Assembly (NCBI GenBank): GCA_024137785.1
Contig: JAHRHZ010000085.1
Location: 2,580,107-2,644,106 of the forward strand
DNA length: 64,000 nucleotides
Direction of reading: 5' to 3'
Source of the DNA: Ginglymostoma cirratum
Taxonomy: Eukaryota
The notes below the pieces were generated by a model. It searched no databases. It was not told the origin of the DNA and was given only the letters and a program-made list of their open reading frames with translations. A program made the position numbers and the translations under genes. Shown here one piece after another: positions 50,682 to 64,000 of this stretch. Numbering within the stretch: the first letter of the stretch is position 1; each line of letters begins with the position of its first letter.

Positions 50682-50791
50682 CGAAACGTCAAGTTTTCCT
50701 GCTCCTATGATGCTGCTTGACCTGCTGTGTTCATCCAGCCCCGTGCTTGTTATCTCGGATTCTCCAGCATCTGCAGTACCTTTTATCTCTG
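50682..50791 (+). mobile_element. 110-bp Penelope terminal insertion
   Basis: TSD ATTGCC (50676-50681, 50792-50797); near identical to 23816-23925. Confidence 0.8.
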
Positions 50792-52371
50792 ATTGCCTGT
50801 TCCATTGAGGGCTCCACCATGTGCGGCTCCTCCAAGCCATCTTGTAGACATTCCAAAAACTCCTTTACTTGTAATCCACTGTCATCTCGGTAATGGGGAA
50901 GTGGAAATGTTCCAGAATACATTGCAAGTGCACTCCTTGGCTAGAAGATAGACAATTCCTGAATCATGATATGAATCACCCACCTCAGCGACAGATCTTC
51001 TGACTTGGTCCTGACTTCCAGTTGCATAACCCAGCATATTGGATACACATGAGCCACATTGTCTGTACCCATTCAAGAAGATGGATCACCACCAGTTTCC
51101 CAAGGATCTCAACATCACAAAAAAGGTAAACATTTCATTTTCTTTTGTGTCAGCCCATTGCCAACTCATATTTGCTGCTTGAGATGAATACTCATGGTGG
51201 TAGCCGAGAACAGATTCCTAATGCATGTTGTCAACACTGACATCCGAAGAAATATCTTCATAGCACCATGTGAAATTAAAGGGAATTAAAACTTACCAGT
51301 GCGAGAAGTAGTAAATGGGACTTGTGCTTAACAGAGTGCATGCTTTTTCTTTTTCTGTGTTGAACAAATTCCAGACAAGTTTACAATTGAACTTCTGTTT
51401 GTTTATTGATTGTTTTATGAACTAATTGAGAGTATGAATCATCTCCATTGCTATAAAAATTGATTAAAAGTGCACTTTACTTTTGATTGAAATAAATGTT
51501 GAAGATGATCATGTCCTTATTGTGGATCAAATGCATTATGGAAACAGGGCATTTTAAGGTATCTTTACTTGACAATAACACAAGCTTTCATACATATAAG
51601 TAAATATCTTATTACTCTTGAAGTACACAAATCTCTTTGTTACCAGAATAAAGAAACTAGCTTCAATGAAAATCAAATCTCTGTGCTCTGTCATGGACTC
51701 GTGTCAGTAATTTATGTTGTTGTGACATGCACATGATTAAATGGTACAGGAATAAATACAAAAATGTTTGTATCACAGACACACGAACTGTTATTTTGGT
51801 AAAATCGCTTGATAAATATAACTATCTTAACACAGGAAGCAACACTAAATAGTTGAATTTTGTCAGTTAAATGTGTGCATGAAGAACCATTGGAAATGGC
51901 AGACATGGTTTGACTGAATTTATGGTCTTGTCCTGCCATAGTGTCCTGATCTGGCTGGTACATGACACCACATAACCAGATTAATGTATTTGCATTCTAC
52001 CTGCCTTTACTAATGGACAAGCAAGCTGATAATTACAAAGATAATTAAGAATTGACAGTAAATGTTGAACTGTCTATTGAAGCTCACTATATAGGTATTT
52101 ATAGATGTGTTAATGGGAATTTTCAAAACACAATTGAGGAATGAGACACATTATGAAATAACCGTTATAAACACCTGATTCTCATGTTACTTTCATGCCT
52201 ATCCCACACTGTTACAGTGGACCCTGTGTGGTTTCCAAACAAAAACCTGCCTGGACGAGATTCTATGCAATAGGCCACTCTTCCTCACACACCTTCGAAC
52301 TGATTATCTGAAAAAAAAGCCTCATTTTCTGTCATCTTGCTCCTTTCAGAGATATTGATCATTATCTTGAT

Positions 52372-52685
52372 TCATAGAATCCCTACAGTGTGGAAACAGG
52401 CCCTTCAGCCCAACAAGTCCACACCGAACGTCAGAGCATCCCACCGAGACCCATCCCCCTATAACCCACCTAATCTACACCTCCCTGAACACTACGAGCA
52501 ATTTAGCATGGCCAATCCACCTAACCTGCACACCTTTGGACTGTGGGAGGAAACCAGAGCACCCAGAGGAAACCCACACAGACACGGGGAGAATGTACAA
52601 ACTCTACACAGATAGTCACCCGAGGCTGGAATCAAACCGGGTCCCTGGTGCTGTGAGGCAGCAGTGCTAACCACTGAGCCGCCCT
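52372..52685 (-). mobile_element. HE1-like SINE
   Basis: Reverse complement of 18961-19275. Confidence 0.9.
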
Positions 52686-55352
52686 CTATATGTTCACAGC
52701 AAGGCGGCCTTGGATGAAAGGAACCAACTATTGTCAGTACACATTTGAGCAAACATCTGTCTACAACTTCACACAGGGCTGAGTCAACTTGACCGATATT
52801 TCACAGGAGTCTACGAGAAGAGAAATTCAAAACCGAATTATTGAGATGATCTTAAATGTCAAACAATGCAGAAAGAATCAGTTAATCAGCTTTAAATTCA
52901 GCAACACATTATGTGTTAAATGAAAGTTAAATTACTGCAGAATTTTATGTGAATGCAATGTATAAAAGAAGGGGGAAATAACAGCCAGAACAGGAAAGTT
53001 TATAAAAGCAACATGCGACAATAAACTGAGGCAAATATTCAGGCAACTTACCCAACCTGAACTTGCTGATGGGGAAACAACACGTCAGTTCTGGTCATGT
53101 CAATGAAATGTAACATACAGCCCATAGCAAAAAAAAAACATGTTTTTGTTTTGTTCCTTCAGGTTGGAGAAATGACTTGGACATGAGCCAGAAGATGCAG
53201 CTATTGAATTTACTGCAAAGAGTAGGTGGACCGCACTCACCAGGCATTTCTTCCGTCAAGGAAGCTCTCTAATAAAGTCACAAATGCCATCACTGATTCA
53301 CAGTGCTATCCCTCCAAAGAATTGTGAACAAGAAGTGTACCCTAGTTCACTGGCTACTGATAGCAGCACTGGGGAAAGTGGTGCCTGACTTGTGGTTGAC
53401 TGTTCTGTCAGACGGCCAACGTTTTTGCAGGTGGCAAAACTATGGGGATAGGGAGGGTTTTAATCTAAATAATGGATCAAGGGATCACTTGTGTGTTTTG
53501 TGGTATGTTAAAGAGAAAAGACGAGTGAAAAGAGGAAAATAGGATTCAGGGAATTGTGGGTCAGGGAATAGCAAGATGGATAGAATTTCAGAAAAAAAGG
53601 GATTTAGGAGTACAGTAACAATCAAGACTAGGAGTTTGATTCTACTGGATTTGATTCATTCCTGTCACGTGTACCTAAGTACTGTCAAAAGTTTTGTTTT
53701 GTGAGCAGCACGTGCAGATCAGAGCAAATAAGGGCATACAGATCATAGGGTGCTTAGATAGAGCGAGGCATACATGTTACACTGCACAGGAGGTGCACAA
53801 AGCAAGGTCAAAAATAGCATATTCAACATTATTTGAAGTAGGAGAGGTCTGTTCAGCAATCTAATAACAAGAGGGAAGAAGATCTGATGAAGTGTCCCGA
53901 CCTGAAACGTCAACTTTCCTGCTTCTCTGATACTGCCTGACCCGTTGTGCTCCTCCAGCTCCGCACTGTGTTGACTCTGACCCCACCATCTGCATGTCTT
54001 TTTACCTCTGAACAACAGGGAAGAAGCTGTTCTTGAACCTGTTGGTGTCTGTCTTCACAAAATAAAACAAGAAAAAAGACTCTAGATTTGAAAATACCCT
54101 TAGCATTCTGACTAAAATAAACAAATTGAGTCCACACGTTGATGTAAATAACAATGATGAATAGTGATCAATGTCAGTGGATTGGACATGTTACATTGCC
54201 CATAGTGTCCAGATGATATGCAGGCTGGTTGGGTTAGTTATAGAGATAGAGTAGGCTGGTGGTCTTGGTGGGATATTCTTCAGAAGGTCAGTGTGAGCTT
54301 TATGAGCCAAGTGGCCTCCGTCCACACTGACCCTCTATGATTCTAATCTTGTTACTTTGGATACACTCCTTCCATGAAGGCAGTTGACTGCTCCAGCTCA
54401 CAGTTTAACTTCAAACAGCAGACTATTTTAGCCAGAAATCTTCCTAAGCCATTCTATGTCAAATGAGAACCACAGGTCAGTGGGTAATAGAGAAGCACAT
54501 ATGTGGACGTTTAACTGAGGTATGTAATCATAATGATAATAATCACAAGGCAAGAATATTATGGGATTTCAACTTCCCCAATATTAATTGTGGTAGTTAT
54601 AGTGTAAGGGGTTGAGAGAACCCAGGTGTTCAGGAGATTTTTTTAATGACAATCTGGACTTAATTCTGGGTAGCAAATCCGGTTGGTGTTTGAGGTGGTA
54701 ATGGGAGAACATTTCCGTGATCGCAGCCACAATACAGTATGATCCGATGTTCGTCACGGAGAAGGAAAAAGATGGTCTGCAAATAAGGGTTTTGCCATTG
54801 TTATTAAAAAGAGGTAGGATCTGGGTAAAATAGACTGAGAAGAGTGACTTGTGGGCAAATCTACAGTCGGTGGGTGGTGTGGTGGGGGAAGGAGATGGTA
54901 GAATAGTGATGAAATATGTAATGGAGGGAGTGAAGCTTTCTCAGTGTTTGTATTGGAGATATCCTGGTGATGTTCAGAACTTGACTGATTTTCTGGTCAG
55001 TTTTCCGAATGAACTAGAATCTTGGCGGAATTCTGCGTGCATGTTATTTAAATAGCATCATGTGATATCCGATTGCAAATGTGCACCTAGATTAATATCT
55101 GCTGATAAGCCTTCAGTTCTTTACCAAAATCCTGTACAGATGGCAAAGTTCCTTCACTTTCACTTTTTGAATGTGCAGCCCTCGTTTAAAATTCAATCCC
55201 ATCCTCTGTATTTAACAGAAGAGGGAAATGTATATGTAAGAGATCGACAGGAGACTACACATTTTTCTTGTGTTAGTAATGGCTGACTGTCCCAAGGCAC
55301 ATTTCCTCCATCCGTTAAATTTGTTGCAGTTATCATTTTCTCAAGAGAAACC

Positions 55353-56451
55353 TGAAATAAGTGCACAGAGGCTGGTATCCCATCATCAAGTCCACCTTTA
55401 TTTCCGCGCGCACAGTACACTGGCTGTGGCCAGCCAGCTCCGAGTCAGCCTGAACGGAGGAGATTCTGAATGCCCTGTGCATATTTCTTTCTTTTTCGAT
55501 ATAACCTCAGCACTACTGCCATACAGTAATAGATTTTATTCTCCCCAGCACCCATGTTGTGTGTGTGTAGGTGCAAGATACAGTTAAAACACCAGTTGTA
55601 TCAATGACATTATTAATATTCCACCACCAGGAAAAGCACCCATGTGGCCAGGAACAAGCAGAGCCCCGGCTGCGGCAATGTTCACGTGAATGAAAATGTG
55701 AAGGGAACGGTAGGGATCAAATCAAAATAGAATTGGAAAGGGGAGTTAAAACACCCGCCCCACCCCAACACCCTCTGCGGTGCCCACCTTTCCCTAAAGA
55801 CATCGAGAGGGTCTGTGCACACCGTGTATTCCTTTTCCAGGGACACCCGAGCTCGAACATAGCCACGGAAATCAGTGTAAATGAGTCCCCTCCACGGCCT
55901 GCTGCCTGGACCTGTTAATGACCAGCTTGGCCAGGCCCAGGAGCAGACCCACGAGTGGATCCTTTGACCCGCCCACCTCCCTCCGCACCGGGTGCGCAAA
56001 GGTCAGGAGCATGGGGCTGAAGTGCAGCCAGAAACACAAAAGAAGGTCTTTAAGATAATTAAAATGGGAGTGTAAACGCCCACACACAATATCCACATGG
56101 TCCACGGACACCACAGCTCCACAAAACAGACAGTTGGGCTGGGAGTCCTTGAACCACCGCAAACTACCGCTCAATGGGACTGCTGTGTGCAACACCCTCC
56201 CCCCCTCCAAGATCCCCGAGGGAAAGGGGGAGAACTCCCGCATAGAGAGTCCTCCACTCGGGATCCCCGCTGCCCAGTAACGTGTGCCCGGGCGGTGGGT
56301 GAAGGAGACGAGGTGGATGGTGTACAGCAGCAGTCTGTACAGGGCTTTCCCTGTTTATATTGGTCAGCCAGGGCTTCTTGATGGGCCCAGGTTAACAACC
56401 TCAGTCAAGGATCTCATAGTCAATAAGATTCACCTGGTTCCAATCACTACA
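55353..56451 (-). mobile_element. Duplicate of the solo LTR + nested Tx1-like LINE
   Basis: Colinear with 20011-21146; CLFCGAVVSVDHV.IVC motif. Confidence 0.75.
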
Positions 56452-57926
56452 AAAACAATCGATGAATTCTCCAGACCACCTCAACTCTGACTTTCCTCTT
56501 GACAGACCGATACTATGTTCCCAACTGAATATGGACCCCCTTCATTTTTTCTGACCTATTTCCAGATTTTTGATGAATGACAACGGAATCAAACTCCAGA
56601 TATTCGATCCTCGGGAATGTATTTGATTCCTACTTCCCTATTGTTTCTTATGTTTTGATTGAATTATTTGCCGTGGAATATTGTACATTTCCACCTCATT
56701 ACGTTTGGAACTGTCAAGGGATATTTTCTATTTCCACTATTTCTCAAAATCATGTTGTTTCTCAGGTTCAATATTTGGAAACATCACATCCATTCCCATG
56801 TGTATATTGTAGTACACTCAGTGTAAGGTCATAATCACCTCTTTCAAGTACTGCCATGCTCCAGCACTCTCAGAATGACATCCATTTTTGTATGAACTGA
56901 CATTACATTTCTTCAGTCAAAATTTTTAGTCTCCATCACTGATACCTTTTCATTTTCACAGAATCCATCTATTTCCTCAGATGATGTTGCTGGGGTTGGA
57001 GTGAGCTACAGGGGGAGACTGAATAGACTGGGGCCATTTTCCCTGCTGTGTCAGAGGCTGAGGGGTGACACTATGGAGGTTTATAAAATCATAAGGGGCA
57101 TGGATAGAGTGAACAGCCAAGGTCTTTCCCCCACGGTCTGGGACTCCAAAACTTGACGGCATATATTTAAAGTGAGAGGGAAACATTTAAAACTGACTTA
57201 GGGGACAACATTTTCACACAGATCATGGTTCATGTATCGACTGAGATGCCAGATAAAGAGGTGGAGGCTGGTACAATTACAACATTTAAAAGGTATCTGG
57301 ATGGGTACATGAATAGGAAGGGTTTAGTGGAATTTGGGTCAAATACTGACAAATGGGACGAGATTAATCTCGAATATCTGGTCAGAATGATTTATTTGGA
57401 CTTGTTTCCATGCTGTACAAATCTATGATTCTACAACAGGTTTTATACGATGCACATATAAGTCTGGCTCAGGATTAATATCAAAGAAAAGAAGAAATTT
57501 GAACCAATGTCAGATGGCTAATGCTGTTCCAAGTTAAAAGGACAACAATTTGGGTTTGTATTGCATCTTTAATATCACAGGGATGGAATCAAGGTAAATG
57601 TTGACTGAAACATTCCGTCAGCCCCATATTTCAGTTGCATTTGAAAATGTAATTAATGACATGTATCCAGTAACTTGCCATTTTCCTAAGGTGTTAATAT
57701 ATTTGAAACATCCTGACATTAAAAGTCCATTGTAGCAGTGTGGAAAGGTATTAGGAGCATAAATAAGGCAGAAAGAGATAAACATTTCCCCTTAGTAGAG
57801 GCATCAATAATAAGGGGAAATGTTTTAAGCGAAGGAGAAGACAGTTTAGATGGGTTTGAGGAATTTCGTGTCACCCAGAAGGTTGTGGGTGTCTTGAACC
57901 AATTGTCTAACAGAACAAAACAGATT

Positions 57927-58050
57927 GAAGGGTTTAGGCCCGAAACGTCAAGTTTTCCTGCTCCTCTGATGCTGCTTGACCTGCTGTGTTCATCCAGCCC
58001 CATGCTTGTTATCTCGGATTCTCCAGCATCTGCAGTACCTTTTATCTCAG
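57927..58050 (+). mobile_element. Penelope terminal insertion
   Basis: Matches 23802-23925; flanked by CAGATTG repeats. Confidence 0.75.
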
Positions 58051-59559
58051 ATTGGGAACCTCACTTTATTTCAGAAAAATTTAGGTGAGTACTTGAAACC
58101 ATGTAGCATACAAGGCTACAGGCCAAGTGCTGGGAAATGGGATTAGAATAAATAGACGCTTGATGATCAGCAGAGACACAATGGCCAAAAGGCACCTTTT
58201 CCTACCAGTTAAAACAAAACTGCGACTCTGACTCTCACATCAGCATGTTTATTGTTTAGGTTTGGGATTATGATGTCCACATCCACTGGGAGATCATTGC
58301 ATCATGGTTCATGTTACCAGTCAAGGGCAGTTTCATCAACAAACATCACAAACAAATAAACACTCCAACCTCCACCAGCTGTGGCCCAGTGAAACAGGTA
58401 TCAGATTTTTGATGCTATCTGTAATTTATTTCATAATGTGATCAAAAATGTAATGATGAGAAATGAAATTGAGCGGGATAAATATTAGCAAAAATGTTGA
58501 CTTGTGACTTTGTCAATTTTTAATTTTTGACCATATTTCATTTTTCTAACCTAGTAACTTTTAAGCTTAAGAATGCCAAACTTAAAGGGAGGTCTATTAT
58601 GTTGCAGGAATATTAGTCCCATGAATTCAAATCTGGGCAGTGTGTGATGGTGATCTCACTTTTAGTAAAAATGCAGTGGAGGTAAAGTGTTAAATAGGGA
58701 GGGCATTTCACAATGTCTTGGTGTATAACTTCGCCGATCCAAGATTCAACTGTTACAGCGTAAAAATAGCAACAATTTGCAGATAGGTTAGACATGGTGA
58801 AACTGAATCTTTTGCTGAGGATACGAAGTATGATGGTGCAAATGTCAAATTATTGTGAGGTCATTCAGATCAAAATCAGTAACGGACACTTTACAAATGC
58901 ATACAACGCTTACAATTCTCTCCTCAAAGGCATAGCGATACACGTGCATTGTGCAAGAGAGAAAGAAAAACTAATCGCTCTTCCCCAGAAATATGTAGGT
59001 AAGTTGTGACAGGAAATAGCTTTTATTTTGAAGGCGATGCACTGAAAATTAGATAAATGGGCATTGTTTTAAAGGGAAACAACGTGCAAGGCGTTGTTTG
59101 CAGCTTGGGGAAAAGTACAAGTGAAGAGAACAGACGCAGATGAAATAGTGTTACCGTTTGGAGACATTTGGTCTGGACAGTCTGGGGCCATTTGTTGTGG
59201 GATCAGGACAGCTCAGCACGAGAGCCCTCTGATGTGACCCGGCTACAGTTTGACACACAAACAAAAGCCTAAATTGCTTGAAAAACTCAGAAGATCTGGT
59301 AGGATTTGTGCAGAAAAATCAGAGTTAAGGTTTCGGTTCCGTTGACCCTTCCTCAAGACAGCTCCCGGATCCGAAATGTTATCTCTGATTTCTGTTCACA
59401 GATGCTGCCAGATCCGCTGAGCTTTTCCAGCAACTTCTGTTTTTGTTTCTGAGTTACAGCATCCGCAGTTCTTTCCGGTTTTATGCAGTTTGACACAGAT
59501 GCTGTGGAGATGTGAAACAAGGTGAGTCGACCTCCTCAAGCTGTCTGCATCAGTCTCTC

Positions 59560-62500
59560 TCTCAAGGGTTATTTGGGGCAGGATTGGGTCTACCGGACGC
59601 TTAATGGGGAAGGTGAGCAGCCAGAAGTCGTGATTTACATCGCTACCAATGACATAGTTAGGAAAAGGGATGAGGATCTGAAAAGTGAATAAAGGAAGTC
59701 AGGATGGAAGCTGAAAGCCAGGCCAGCACTGTAGTCTACTGGTGTCACCGGCTAGTGAGGCCAGGAAGAGAGAGCGAGTGCAGCTGAACAAGTGGCTACA
59801 GAGCTGGTTTAGGAAGGAGGGCTTCAGATATGTGGATTATTGGGATACCTTCTGGGGATGGTGGGACCTGTACAGGAGGATGGGTTGCACCTGTAGTTGA
59901 GGGGCACCAATATCCTGGGTGACAGGTTTGCTAGAGCTTTTTGGATCTTCGGATCAGAGGATGGGGTGGCCAGTGTACAGCATGCAGAGAATCTGGGAGG
60001 AAGGATAAACAGGTGATAGGGCAAATTTGCAGTCAGTATGTCAGGTTGTAGTGTGTCTATTTTAACGCAAGAAGTCTCAGGAATAACGGTGACAAACTTA
60101 GAGCATGGATCAGTACTTGGAACTACGATGTTGTGGCCATTACAGAGACTTGGATAACACAGGGGCAGGAATGGTTGTTGGATGTTCCAGAGTTTAGATG
60201 TTTCAAAAGAAATAGAGAGGGAGATAAAAGAGTTAGGGGAGTGGCATTGCTAATCAGGGATGGTATCACAGCTGCAGAAAGAGAGGTCGTGGAGGAGGGT
60301 TTATCTACTGAGTCAGTTTGGGTGGAAGTCAGAAAAAGGAAAGGAGTAGTCACCTTATTAGGAGTTTTCTATAGAGCCTCCAACAGCAACAGAGACTCTG
60401 AGGAACAGATTGGGAGACAGATTGTGGCAGGGTGCAGAAGTAGTAGGGTTGTTGTCTTGGGTGACTTTAATTTCTCTAATATCAACTGGAACCTCCTAAG
60501 TGCAAATAGTTTGGATGGAGCAGATTTTAGGTGTGTCCAGGAAGGATTTCTGTCTCAATATGTAGATAAGCCGACTAGAGGGGAAGCCATATTGGATTTG
60601 GTGTTTGGCAATGAACCAGGCCAGGTGTCAGATCTCTCGGTGGGAGAGCATTTCGGTGATAGTGATTACATCTCCCTGACCTTTACCATATTCAAGGAGA
60701 GGGATAGGAATTGACAGTGTGGCAATGTATTTAATTGGGAGAGGGGGAATGATAATGCTATTAGGCAGGAACTGCGGAGCATAAATTGGGAACAGATGTT
60801 CTCAGGTAAACGCACGACAAAAATGTGGAGGTTGTTTCGGGAACATTTGCTATGAGTGCTGGATAGGTTTGTCCCACTGAGGCAAGGAAAGGATGGGAAG
60901 GTGAAGGAACTTTGGATGACAAGGCATGTGGAACATCTAGTCAAGAGGAAGAAGGAAACTTACTTAAGGTTGAGGGAGCAAGGATCAAACATGGCTTGAG
61001 AGGGTTACAAGGTAGTCAGGAAGGAACTGAAGAATGGACTTAGGAGAGCTAGAAGGGGGCATGAACAAGCCTTGGTGGGTGGGATTAAGGGAAACCCCAG
61101 GGTGTTCTATGCTTATGTGAGGACAAGAGGATGGCCAGAGTGAGGGTAGGGCTGATCAGAGATAGTGGAGGGAACTTGTGTGCAGAGTTGGAGGAGGTAG
61201 GGGAGATCCTTAATGAATACTTTGCTTCAGTATTCACCAGTGAGGGACCTTGTTGTTTGTGAGGACAGCGTGGAACAGGCTGATATGCTTGAACAGGTTG
61301 ATGTTACGAAGGAAGATATGCTAGAAATTTTGAAAAACATGAGGATAGATAAGTCCCCTGAGCCAGACGGGATATACCCAAGGTTGCTACGGAATGCAAG
61401 GGAAGAGAATGCTGCACCTTTGGCGATGATCTTTGCATCCTCACTGTCCACTGGAGTTGTACCAGATGATCGGAGGATGGCAAATGTTCATCCCTTGTTC
61501 AAGAAATGGAATAGGGATAATCCTGGGAACGACTGACCAGTTAATCTTACTTCTGCAGTAAGCAAACTATTGGAGAGAATTCTGAGAGATAGTATTTATG
61601 ATTATTTGGAAAAGCATAGTTTGATTAGAAGTAGTCAGCATGGCTTTGTGAGGGGCAGGTCATACCACAAGCGTTATTGAATTCTCGGAGGATGTGACAA
61701 AACACATTGATGAAGGGAGAGCAGTGGATGTGATGTACATGGATTTTAACAAGGCATTTGATAAGGTTCCCAATGGTAGGCTCATTCAGAAAGTAAGGAG
61801 GCATGGGATACAGGGAAACTTAGCTGTCTGGATACAGAATTGGTTGTCCAATAGAAGGCAGACAGAAGGAGGTAGTAGATGGAAAGTATTCAGCCTGGAG
61901 CTCGGTGACCAGTGATGTTCTGCAGGGATCTGTTTTGGGACCTCTGCTTTTTGTGATTTTTAAAGATGACTTGGATGAGGAAGTGGAAGGGTGGGTTAGT
62001 AAGTTTGCCACAGACACAAAGGTTGGTGGAGTTGTGGATAGTGTGGAGGGCTGTTGTAGGTTGCAACGGGACATTGACAGGATGCAGAGCTGGGCAAAGA
62101 AGTGGCAGATGGAGTTCAACCTGGAAAAGAGTGATGTGATTCATTTTGAAATGTCGAATTTGAATGCAGAATACAGGGTTAATGGCAGGATTCTTGGCAG
62201 TGTGGAGGTACAGAGGGATCTTGGGTCCATGTCCATAGATCCCTCAAAGGGTTAAGAAGGGTAATGTCGTGTTGGCTTTCATTGGCGGGGGATTGAGTTT
62301 TAGAGCCGCGAGCTTCTGCTGCAGCTCTACAAACCCCTGGTAGACCACACTTGGAATATCGTGTTCAGTTCTGGTCACCTCATTATAGGAAGGATGTGGA
62401 ATCTTCAGAGACAGTGCAGAGGAGATTTACCAGGATACTGCCTGGACGAGAGCGCAGGTCTTATGAGGAAAGTTTGAGGGAGCTATGGCTTTTCTCATTG

Positions 62501-62885
62501 GATTGAAAAAGGATGAGATATAAATTGATAGAGGTGTACAAGATGATGAGAGGCAGAGATAGAATGGATAGCCAGAGACTTTTCCCCAGGGCAGAAATGA
62601 CTATCATGAGGGAGCATAATTTTAAGGTGATTGGAGGAAGGGAGAGGGAAGATATCCAAGATCGGTTCTTTACTCAGAGAGTGGTGGGTGTGTGGAATGC
62701 ACTGCCAGCGGTGGTGGTAGGTTCAGGTACTTTAGGCACATTTAAGTGACTCTTGGATCGGCACAGAGATGCTAGTAAAATGGAAGGTTTGCAGGTTAGT
62801 TTTGATCTTGGAGTAGGATAACACGTCGGCACAACATCGTGGGCTAAAGGACCTGTACTGTGCTGTGCTGATCTATGTTCTATTT
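59560..62885 (+). mobile_element. Near full-length CR1 LINE (esterase ORF1 remnant + APE-RT), inactivated
   Basis: TNDI and DGLHL esterase remnants; AITETW, GDFNF, KSPEPDG and QGSVLGP motifs; many stops and frameshifts; TCTATGTTCTAT tail. Confidence 0.93.
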
Positions 62886-62899
62886 TCTCGAGGCAGGGG

Positions 62900-63412
62900 T
62901 GTGACACTGCTGTCACTTTAAAAAGGTATTTTGTCCAAGGGTTTTTTGGAAGAGAATTTGTAAAGGCAGAGATGAAAAAGAGTCTAGGGAGTAACAGTTT
63001 AACAGTAGGAGGAGAGTGGCCAGTTCTCCCAGTTCAGGTTTTTTCTAGTTTATTGAGCGGTAGCAGTCACAAGATGTTCTGAGTACCAGAAGTATTGCAA
63101 GCTTCAGTGAAGGATTCTTCTGACTTTCTCTGTAATCTCTCTCTGGATGTTGTTCCCTCCTGCCTGTAAGAATCTGTGTTCGAATTTACATTTTTGCAAA
63201 GGGGTATGTTTATGGGATGTGACGATGTTGGAATAGTTAATTAGTTAAATTGTTATTTCAGGTTCAGTTAGGTTTTCCCAATAATGAAGTTACTCTAAAT
63301 ACCACTTTCTTTTGTTCGTGTTTCAACTGTTTTGCTTAAAGCCGAGGGGTTTGACCAGTTGCCTAGGCTACCTGCTTAAAATATTTTGAGGGGGTTTGGC
63401 CTGGTCCATAAA
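62900..63412 (+). mobile_element. Possible solo LTR
   Basis: Begins TGTGACAC and has LTR-like composition; the 3' CA end and TSD are not clearly seen. Confidence 0.3.
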
Positions 63413-63454
63413 AATACCATTGAATGACAGGCAGATTTGATGGGCCAAAGGCAT

Positions 63455-63690
63455 AAGAATCATACAATTCCTACAGCGCAGAAACAGGCTATTAACCCCC
63501 ATCGAGTCTGTACCAACTCTCCAAAGAGAATCCCACACATATTTCTACCTTATCCCCGTGACCCCACATTTAACCATGGTTAATCTGCCTAGCCTGCATA
63601 ACCCTGCATACTGCAGACAACTTGGCACAGCTGATCCACATATACATCTTTGGAATGTGGTAGGAAACGAGCACCTGACAGAAACCAACT
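63455..63690 (-). mobile_element. HE1-like SINE, degenerate
   Basis: Reverse HE1 tail and body motifs. Confidence 0.6.
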
Positions 63691-63699
63691 CAGTGCCTA

Positions 63700-64000
63700 C
63701 CACCCAAAATGGGCTTCCTCCACTTCCCAAATCCCCAGCCGTACCCAGGACGTTCCCCACAATCTCCGCCGCCATTGGCCATGAGGCCAACGTCGGAGAA
63801 CCCACGTTGGAGAACCCACAGATGACGTCACATCCGGCACCGCTGGGTACACCACTTCCGGGACAGCGAACGCCATCTCCACTGAAGCCACCGGCTCCAT
63901 TCACGAGACCAACACCACAGACACGACCGTCACCGCTGCTGCTGCCGCCGCCTACCTCGCTCCGCCCACCGCCAACGCCACTCCACCCACCACGGACGCG
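63700..64000 (+). mobile_element. C-rich segment, possibly the 5' low-complexity region of another Penelope element
   Basis: Abrupt C/CpG-rich Pro/Thr-coding composition like the PLE at 21302; cut off by the window end. Confidence 0.3.

Larger units (their letters stand above)
48323..50876 (-). mobile_element. CR1 LINE ORF2 (5'-truncated, inactivated) with two PLE mini-insertions
   Basis: PGPDGLHPRILKE, NYRPISLTS, VLGPQLFTLYINDLD and KFAD motifs on the - strand; (CATAAGAC)n tail at 48325-48360; absent from the paralogous site at ~15498. Confidence 0.95.
46255..58880 (+). repeat. Segmental duplication, copy 2
   Basis: See copy 1; the right end (57505-58880) also matches 29655-30735. Confidence 0.9.

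Noticed and set aside
53160-53480. Possible + strand terminal exon, similar to 4030-4345
   Set aside because: The 3' part resembles the end of CR1 ORF1 esterase, so an old LINE relic is more likely.
1-64000. CRISPR array or prokaryotic defence system
   Set aside because: The DNA is eukaryotic, and the recurring short repeats are dispersed retroelement ends rather than regularly spaced repeat-spacer units.

Overview
Repeat-rich vertebrate genomic DNA, almost certainly from a shark. The HE1-type SINEs, abundant CR1 LINEs and Penelope-like elements (PLEs) point to a cartilaginous fish; the species is not determinable by eye. Most ORF-track entries are transposon fragments or antisense noise. 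Between the repeats lies a cluster of non-rearranging immunoglobulin-superfamily receptor genes with the architecture leader/V - C1 - TM - cytoplasmic tail carrying two ITIMs (SIRP/NITR/B7-H6-like organisation). One near-complete six-exon copy lies on the + strand (35279-42391). It has a compact V domain, a C1-set domain, a TM exon and the ITIMs LTYAAL and LIYLAL, but also a 1-nt deletion in C1 and tail phase problems. Two V-C1 pseudogenes (13037-14388 and 46255-47555, - strand) sit in a ~12 kb direct segmental duplication and share identical inactivating lesions. An orphan pseudo-C1 exon lies at 2408-2712, and there are relic TM and cytoplasmic exons. Also present: a nearly intact 5'-truncated Penelope element with a 12-bp TSD and a minimal hammerhead ribozyme, many hairpin PLE mini-insertions, three long CR1 copies, and a Tx1-like LINE nested in a solo LTR. 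All exon models, alignments and repeat boundaries were derived by eye, and repeat ends are approximate.
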